A stretch of 63,952 bases of DNA, filler included, from Thraustochytrium aureum (Eukaryota): assembly GCA_012862495.1 (NCBI GenBank). It is 6 parts of 4 records of this genome, joined end to end, with 100 filler letters (N's around TTAATTAATTAA, not from the genome) between each part and the next. Parts side by side here need not be neighbours in the genome. Positions count along the whole stretch, not along the records: positions 43,423 to 61,189 come from BLSG01000402.1; positions 61,290 to 62,715 come from BLSG01000407.1; positions 62,816 to 63,952 come from BLSG01000414.1; 3 more parts are not named here. One strand, 5' to 3'. This document shows, piece after piece, positions 57,501 to 63,952 of the stretch (positions within the stretch are counted from its first letter, which is position 1; each line of letters starts with the position of its first letter). Made by a program: the position numbers and the translations under genes. The notes under the pieces are model-generated. The model searched no databases. It was not told where the DNA came from and saw only the letters and a list, made by a program, of their open reading frames with translations.

Positions 57501-60500
57501 GACTTTGCCAGTATGGGCTACCTGCGACCTGCGGTCTCGTTCGGGTCTTGGGACCAAAGCGCCTCGTTGCGTGCGGTCGACAACCTTGCGCTTGCGGAGA
57601 CAAGGCGCGCTTACCTTCAGAGTTCTGAACTTGCACTCGGGCTTTGCGAGGCTGCTCGGGCCCGCACGACGCCTGCCCAAGGCCTCAGTGAGTCGTTGTT
57701 GGAGCTTGATTCCCATGGCCCCTCGTCGAGCGCGATGGCCCCGTCGCAGCGTCTCGTCGCGGTGGGCGATCAGATATGCGATGCGCAGGCCAGCGAGCGG
57801 ACGCTATTCAGGCGCGTGGAGCGCTCGGTGATGCAGGAAGACCACTTAGGTTTTGCTATCGCGACTGGGTTTGCGGGAATCGCTACGGCATCTGAAGCAC
57901 GAGGAGCAGAGCGGGCTGGCGATCACGCAAGCTCGCTTCAGCCCAGTGTGCTCGAGGATGTTTTGTTTCCAGTCGGGAGGGAGAGCGCGGCGGTCGAGCT
58001 TCTGGCGCCGAGCCTGTCCGGAGTCGATTTTGGTGAGCGGAAGGCATGGGCGTACTGCCCGTTTCCCGTGCTTCGGCTTGGGTATCCTGTTGCAAGCCGC
58101 GCGCTCGATGAGCGCCCAGGGAGCGTGCTCAGCTTTGTCCTTGCACCCAGCGACGTGCAGGCGCTTGTGAAGGCGCTCCCGATTCTGCAGAGAGGTCCAA
58201 GCAAGGGTATCCTCGAGCTCCGCGCCCCGCCGCCTGAGCCTTGGAACGCGGAGACGGAGCACCATCCTGGCGGCTCAGAGCCGCTGTGCACTTACTCGCA
58301 GACCCAGCAGGAGTTTGTAGTGCAAGACTGGTTCCACTGCAAGACGTGCGAGCTGACAGGGAGCAACGGCTGCTGCGCAGTGTGCGCGGTAACTTGCCAC
58401 AAAGGCCACGACTTGGCCTACTACACGCGGTCTCGGTTCTTTTGTGACTGCGGCTCCTCGGCGGCGTGCAAAGGGCTCGGCGATTCGCGGCTGAAGGTTG
58501 AGTGCGGGCCAGCCCCTGGTCACGCCATCGCGAACAGCGCTCTAGGTCTCGTTCGAAGAACATGCACGGTTACAAGAGATGCCACTGCGGCTGCCGGCGC
58601 GAGGGACGCGGCGGCCATCGCGCAGCTCAAGGAGCCAAATAGCAGTGGGCCTGTGCATGTGCACGGTGGTGGTGCTGCGGATCATGCGGAGCGCGCTACG
58701 CGGCTTGGCGACCCGTTGCGCCAAAGAAACAGCGTTCAGGCGAGGGTTCGGTTGCTTGTCGACGCCACGCAAGCGCTGCGCCACGCAGCGACACCAGCAG
58801 CAAGAAAAGGCCCGCCAAGAGGCTCTGCGGCTCATGTTGCGGTAACGGCTGGGCTCGCGGCCAGAGAAGACCTGCTGTGCAGCCTCGAAACGTGGTCAAC
58901 CTGGCTTGGCGCCTTTGGACCTGCCCAGGCCATCGGAGAGGCTCTGGAAACCCAGAGTGCCTTTAAAGACCTGTCACGCCTGATTTTGAGCGCCTCGCTC
59001 CAACTCAAGCTCTGCGTGTCGCCCCAAGGCGATTCCGCGGCGCAAACCCAGCAAGGACGGTGGACGGCACTCCGCACGGTTGGGCCCATGCGCTTCTTTC
59101 CTCTCGCGTGCAAGGACCCTTGCCGCGGCATCCTCGTGGCCCTGTGCAAGGCTCTTGAGAACGAGAGCGATGTGGCGCAGCGCGCGTCAGCTGCGGCCGT
59201 GCTTGACGCTGGAGCAGTCGTCCTGCTTACTGGGCGCCTCGGCAGCATCTTGGGCGAGCCGGCAGCGCGCGGGCAATCCCACTCGAGCACCACAGGTGGC
59301 GGGCCTGAGTCACCACGCAGGACGGAGTCCGGGCCCTACTCAGGTGCGACCGAGCAGGCCGACGGGGCCACGCCAGCTCGCCGCCGTGTGGGGAGCACGT
59401 CTGGAGAGCTGTGGACGCCCGGGTTTGGAACAGGTGGCAAGGATAGTTCCAGCGCTGATGCCGAGCGCGCTGCACAGTTGCGAGAGCGAGAGAAGCGCGC
59501 AGTGGAGACGTTGCAATGCCTCGAAACGCTGGTCGGGTGCGCCGTGGCGGCTTGTTCAGACCCGAGTAGCGGCGGCGATTGGCTGGAGCGTATCGAGGCG
59601 GTCGGGCAGGACCTTTGGAGATCGTGCTTCCCATACGTGCTGCACCAGTACCTATTCGGGAACTCGGTCAAGTCTGTTGTGGACGCCGCGCCAACTGTGC
59701 TGGTGCTGTTGAAGCTGTGCAAAAGCGTCGCTTCTTCGCCGCTGCTCTGTTGGTTGGCGGACAAGGAGGTCCCAGGACGCCACTGCATGGCCCGCCTCGT
59801 GAACGATCTAGCTGAACTCGCCGAGGAGGTCGCTGAGACCATAGCCGACGAGGCTAGCCCGGCAGGGCCGGGGCCTCACCAAACAGGGGCTGCTGAGATT
59901 GGCGACGAGCCGGTCGAGTCGCACCTCGCACGGGCCATAGAGGAGTGCAAGCAAGCGTTTGCGAGTAATGGACTTGCAAAGGAAACGCCACGGTCTCGGG
60001 GCGCAACCGGCGCTGATCATGTGCAGCGCGCGGCGGCCGCGTGCGTTGAGGGCGACGCCTCAGTGTCCCCGGACTCGACACGAGGCGATTCGGGCAGCGC
60101 AAAAGGCGGAGCCGAGGAGGACGATAACCTCGCGGCGCGGTATGAGGCCGCAATCAAGCCGTTTGTATTCGGTACGCTGCAACTGGTGCAGGGCAGCTTA
60201 GTAAAAGCCCCCAGCACAGCTGGCTCGGCCGTGGCGGTGGAGGTGGCGGCAAGCAGCTCGGCCGCTCCGAGTCAAAACGATGGCGCAGCGTTGGCGCAAA
60301 ACGCCCACAGCCCTAGCGCCGCAGAGGGCAGCGAAGATGCGCCGAGCAGCACTGCTGCAGCTCTAGCCCCATCGCTCGCGCTGCACTATTTTCACGAACA
60401 AGTGCTGCAAGAGACCGTGAGTTCCCGCGGCAGGTCAAAGCGAGTCAACCAGGAGCTGCGTAGCCTGCAGAAAACGCTCCCGGTCCACATCGGCTCGAGC

Positions 60501-61145
60501 ATCCTTATTCGCGTTGATGATCGGCGCCCTTGCGCTTTGCGCGCAGCAATATTCGCGCCGGAAGGAACGCCGTACGACAGCGGGGTGTTCCTGTTCGATG
60601 TGTACCTGCCGCCAGAGTTTCCGAGCAAGCCGCCTCTGGTGCGGCTGATCACGACAGGAGGCGGGCAGGTTCGATTCAACCCCAACCTGTATGCAGATGG
60701 TCTCGTGTGCCTCTCGTTGCTCGGGACGTGGCGCGGTGGGGCCTCTGGCAACGAGACCTGGAACCGTAACTCGACGCTCTTGCAAGTCCTTGTGTCGATT
60801 CAATCTCTGATCCTCGGGAGCGTGTTCCCGTACTTTAACGAGCCCGGCGTAGAATCTCTGTGGGGGACAGAGCAAGGCAACGTGCAGCGCCGCGTGAGTC
60901 CAAATGGCGGCTTTGAGCGGCTTCGCGTAGCAACAATCCAGTATGCAATGGTCGACATTCTGTTGGCGCCACCGGCTGGGTTTGAGGAGGCCGTTCGGAC
61001 GCACTTTCGGCTCAAGCGCGACCACATCCGGGCCACCGTGGCCGGTTGGTTGGCAGAGGCGCACGAATCAGACACGAGCGGTCATGCTGCGGCACTTGGC
61101 AAGCAAGTCGAGGCCCTGAACAGCGCCTTGGCAGCTCTGGAGTAG
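45510..61145 (+). CDS. Giant BIRC6/BRUCE-like E2-E3 hybrid (~5200 aa): degenerate BIR, helical scaffold, SPRY, UBR-box zinc finger, C-terminal UBC; split by frameshifts at ~50149, ~54487, ~55365 and a false gap
   Basis: ORFs 45483..50168, 50204..54544, 54541..55254 and 55089..61145 join with single-base repairs. The UBC domain is of the BIRC6/UBE2O class: APEGTPYDSGVFLFD, RFNPNLYADGLVCLSLLGTW (catalytic Cys 60708-60710), LLQVLVSIQSLIL, PYFNEPG. Confidence 0.82.
57080..57580 (+). other. SPRY/B30.2 domain
   Basis: GKYSWEV, MCVGIV, WVGSSPDSWGY, YGDKFRDGSVIGVLLDIDRGELSFSLDGQPQGIAF, LRPAVS. Confidence 0.92.
58283..58472 (+). other. UBR-box zinc finger (UBR4/BIG type)
   Basis: CTYSQTQQEFVVQDWFHCKTCELTGSNGCCAVCAVTCHKGHDLAYYTRSRFFCDCG. 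Confidence 0.93.
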
Positions 61146-61189
61146 AAACGCTGCTGCCAGTGTGGCGAATTTTAGAGAAAATAAGAATT

Positions 61190-61289
61190 NNNNNNNNNNN
61201 NNNNNNNNNNNNNNNNNNNNNNNNNNNNNNNNNTTAATTAATTAANNNNNNNNNNNNNNNNNNNNNNNNNNNNNNNNNNNNNNNNNNNN
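61190..61289. other. Artificial contig-join spacer
   Basis: N44-TTAATTAATTAA-N44, 12-mer at 61234-61245. Confidence 0.97.
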
Positions 61290-62715
61290 GGCAGCAGCTG
61301 GCCTTCCTGCCAGGGGGGCGAGCGCCGTCGCGGTCCAGCGAGCCGCCCAGGTGGAGCGCAGACAGGTGCGCACCGAGCGAAAGGCAGCACGCGCCTCGAT
61401 CATCGCCAGAGAGACCTCAGCCCGGCGGGCTGCCAGCCAGGCCTAGTTGTGGTGGCTCGGCGACCCGACTGCATCGAGATGTCCGAGCGCCCTCGCAGCA
61501 CTCGACTGCGCTCACGGGTCCAGCGGATGGCGCCTGGTGAGCGCGACACGCCTCACAATGCCCATGCCCCGCCGCTCGCTCGGCCGCCAAGCCATGGGCC
61601 AGCGGGTGAGAAAGTGGACCAGCTGCGCGCTCAAGGGAGCATCGGTGAGTACTCTGATCATGAGAGGCCGGCCACTCCAGCGCTCCACTCGAGCACTCCT
61701 CGCTCAGGACTCTCCCGTCGAGGCGGAGCGCGTCGCGGCGCAGCCTGCTGGCAGCAGGACAGCTTGAACGCCGCCAGGACCAGCTTGAACGCCGCGCAGC
61801 AACGCGCAGGAACAGGCTGGCTGGTGGGCGGGCGAGGGAAGGAGGGAGGGAGGGAGGGAGGGGAGTGAGGGAGGCATGGTCTACCTAGCTCAAGCTTGTC
61901 CTCCGAGCGGCAGGCTGCCTGCCGTGGCAAGGACTGGCAGACTGACTGACTACTCTACCTACCACAACGCCGATGCCGTGGCCCTCTGCTCTGGGAGGGC
62001 GTCGGTGACCGACGGACGGTGGTGAGAGCTTTGTGGCGTCCCACGCGGACGGTCTGCGTTTCGCCAAGCCACCGAGACCCTTGAAGCGCCCAGGCGAGCA
62101 ACTCGACGCAAGCGACCAAGCGAGCGAGAGCCGGTAGGTACCTATTGATTGTATGCATGGGCAAGGACGCGGAAGGCCCTCTTCTGCAGGCCCTGCGAGC
62201 AGTGACCGCAGAAGCGCGCGCTGGCTGGGGTGGCCGGCCAGGGCGGACGCACCCCTCTCACGCTGCTCTTGATTGAGGAGCGCCGCCGGCGCCCGTAACG
62301 GATCAGTTCAGCTGCCGCGGGGCAACCGCGCGCGCTCCAGCACCGCGGCAGGCCCTTGGTTTGACTGACTCGCCGCGGCGCTGGCCTCGGCGACGCTGGA
62401 CGCCAGCTCGGCGGCCTGGCCGGCTCGAGCCGGCTCGGCTCACAAGAAAAGACCTGAGCCGCCTGACGCCGAAAGCACTGCACGCGGTTCGGCGCGTAGC
62501 GGTCACTCTTGAGCGAGAGCCCGAGCTGCTCGCGTGCGAGCGCCGCGGCGCAGCGTCTCGTCTCAGTCCTGCGGTGCATCTCACGGGCGTCGTCGCAGCG
62601 CTTCCCGCGCTGTTCGACTCGCGGGAGGCAAGAGGACGAAAGAGTCAGCTGGACCTCGCACGCGCGCTTTAACATCGGCATGTCGACCTGGTACTCTCTC
62701 CCAGAGAGCGATTGG

Positions 62716-62815
62716 NNNNNNNNNNNNNNNNNNNNNNNNNNNNNNNNNNNNNNNNNNNNTTAATTAATTAANNNNNNNNNNNNNNNNNNNNNNNNNNNNN
62801 NNNNNNNNNNNNNNN
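62716..62815. other. Artificial contig-join spacer
   Basis: N44-TTAATTAATTAA-N44, 12-mer at 62760-62771. Confidence 0.97.
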
Positions 62816-63032
62816 CAGGAACCTGCCCCCGAACTCGCCAAAGTAGCTCGGCAGGTCCTCCGTTGACTGCGCGGCGTCCGCTCGCCCCGTCCGTCAGCCG
62901 CCGCCCGCTCGCCTGGCCGGCCACCGTCAACCCGCCCTCCGCACTTACCTTGTACACCGGCATCGTGTTGGTCACCTTCAGCGGATGCTTTTCCGCCGGC
63001 ACATGGTCCGCCGCAAAGGTCTGCTTGGACAT
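62816..63032 (-). CDS. Possible 5' end of a hypothetical protein truncated by the contig join
   Basis: ATG in CTGAGAATG context (same as the paralog 2 start); frame is open to the gap (MSKQTFAADHVPAEKHPLKVTNTMPVYKVS). No family recognised. Confidence 0.3.
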
Positions 63033-63952
63033 TCTCAGTACGCAAAAACAACCAGCCTCGCGCAAGTCGAGTCCGCTTCGAGCAGGCAGGGAAGGAAGGC
63101 TTCAAGGAGGTCCTCGTCCGCTCGCACTTCCGCGCGCCGATCCGCGCCAACAAAACCGCGCGCTCCCTCGCTCTTTGGGCGGCACGCAGGCCTGACGCCG
63201 CACGCACTACAGCGCTCTCGCGTAGACCCTCTCCTGCTCGCGCGCTGGCGCTCCGGGCTCCTCTCCTCCCTCCTCCGTTGCGGCTCTGCTGCTGCTCCTG
63301 CTGCTCCTGCTCCTGCTCCTGCCTGCGAGCTCGGCCTCCTCCTCGAAACCGCGCCGTCCTGTGTCCGCTCCCTCACAGCCTCATGGCGTCATGCGGGGCC
63401 GCGCGGAGGTGGGCGTACGTCATCGACGAGGCCGGCGGATGACGCGAGAGCGACCGCTCGGGACGTGGGTGACGTCATGGAAGGCGTGACGCAAGGAGGG
63501 TGCAGTGGAGGCTGGCGTGGCGTAAGCGGCGCTCGACGCACATGGGGTCAAGAGTGTGGTCTTGTTGGTCAAGATAATGCTTTGGGAGCGCGTTGCGTTG
63601 TACTGAATGTCAAGGGTGTAAAGCCCGGGAACTCGCTCGGAACGCCGCGAGAACTCCGACGTTTCATTGATCGTCAAGAGATACACGGCCGTTTTCAGCC
63701 GTGGTCAATATTTAAATACTGAAGCTCAAGATAATCATGCCGAACGAGCGCGCATCTCGTGCCGAAAGTGGGCTCGCGCCATGTTGCTGGCGAGCAGGCC
63801 TTCGGCGATACCTCTCCGCCGCGTTTATTCCTGTCCGCTTTGGGCATCGCCCCGTGCGCCTGCGGTCATTGTGCCGGCATACCTGCTCAACACGCGCCCC
63901 TTCCTCCTCCTGCACAAGTTTCAACTTCGCTCTTCGCGCTCGTTTAGCCGCT

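Noticed and set aside
61290..62715. Coding or ubiquitin-like remnant (QSLSGREYQVDM on the minus strand) in the small contig
   Set aside because: The resemblance is limited to a few residues; the rest is low-complexity with no sustained frame.
18924..62771. Recurring TTAATTAATTAA palindrome as a biological repeat or recombination site
   Set aside because: It is always centred in exactly 44+44 N and has stops in all six frames, so it is an assembly spacer. Gene adjacency across these joins is unproven.

Overview
GC-rich, intron-poor eukaryotic sequence. Gene content suggests a stramenopile, probably a thraustochytrid/labyrinthulomycete; this is inference. It is a draft scaffold: five artificial 100-nt joins (44 N + TTAATTAATTAA + 44 N) and many N gaps interrupt it, and about 12 apparent single-base indels, mostly in homopolymers, split real genes into several ORFs. 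After joining frames the genes are, in order: a multi-C2 protein (partial), an ammonium transporter, an NMT1/THI5/SsuA-like protein, one ~9.4 kb giant gene (LRR-IQ-Sfi1-like repeats-MORN-dynein stalk/MTBD-like-WW), S-adenosylhomocysteine hydrolase, a membrane-anchored polysaccharide deacetylase-like protein of bacterial type, two tandem secreted Cys-rich VWD-like paralogs, a Cys-rich fragment, a tandem pseudo-/active sulfatase, an AP2 transcription factor, a TIR-like-NACHT (NLR-like) fragment, and a ~15.6 kb BIRC6-like E2/E3 giant carrying SPRY and UBR-box domains. The best leads are the motor-less dynein microtubule-binding-like stalk, the UBR box inside a BIRC6-type E2, and the TIR-NACHT gene head-to-head with it. 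No rRNA, tRNA, CRISPR array or transposon was recognised. All domain calls are from motif recognition by eye; no searches were run.
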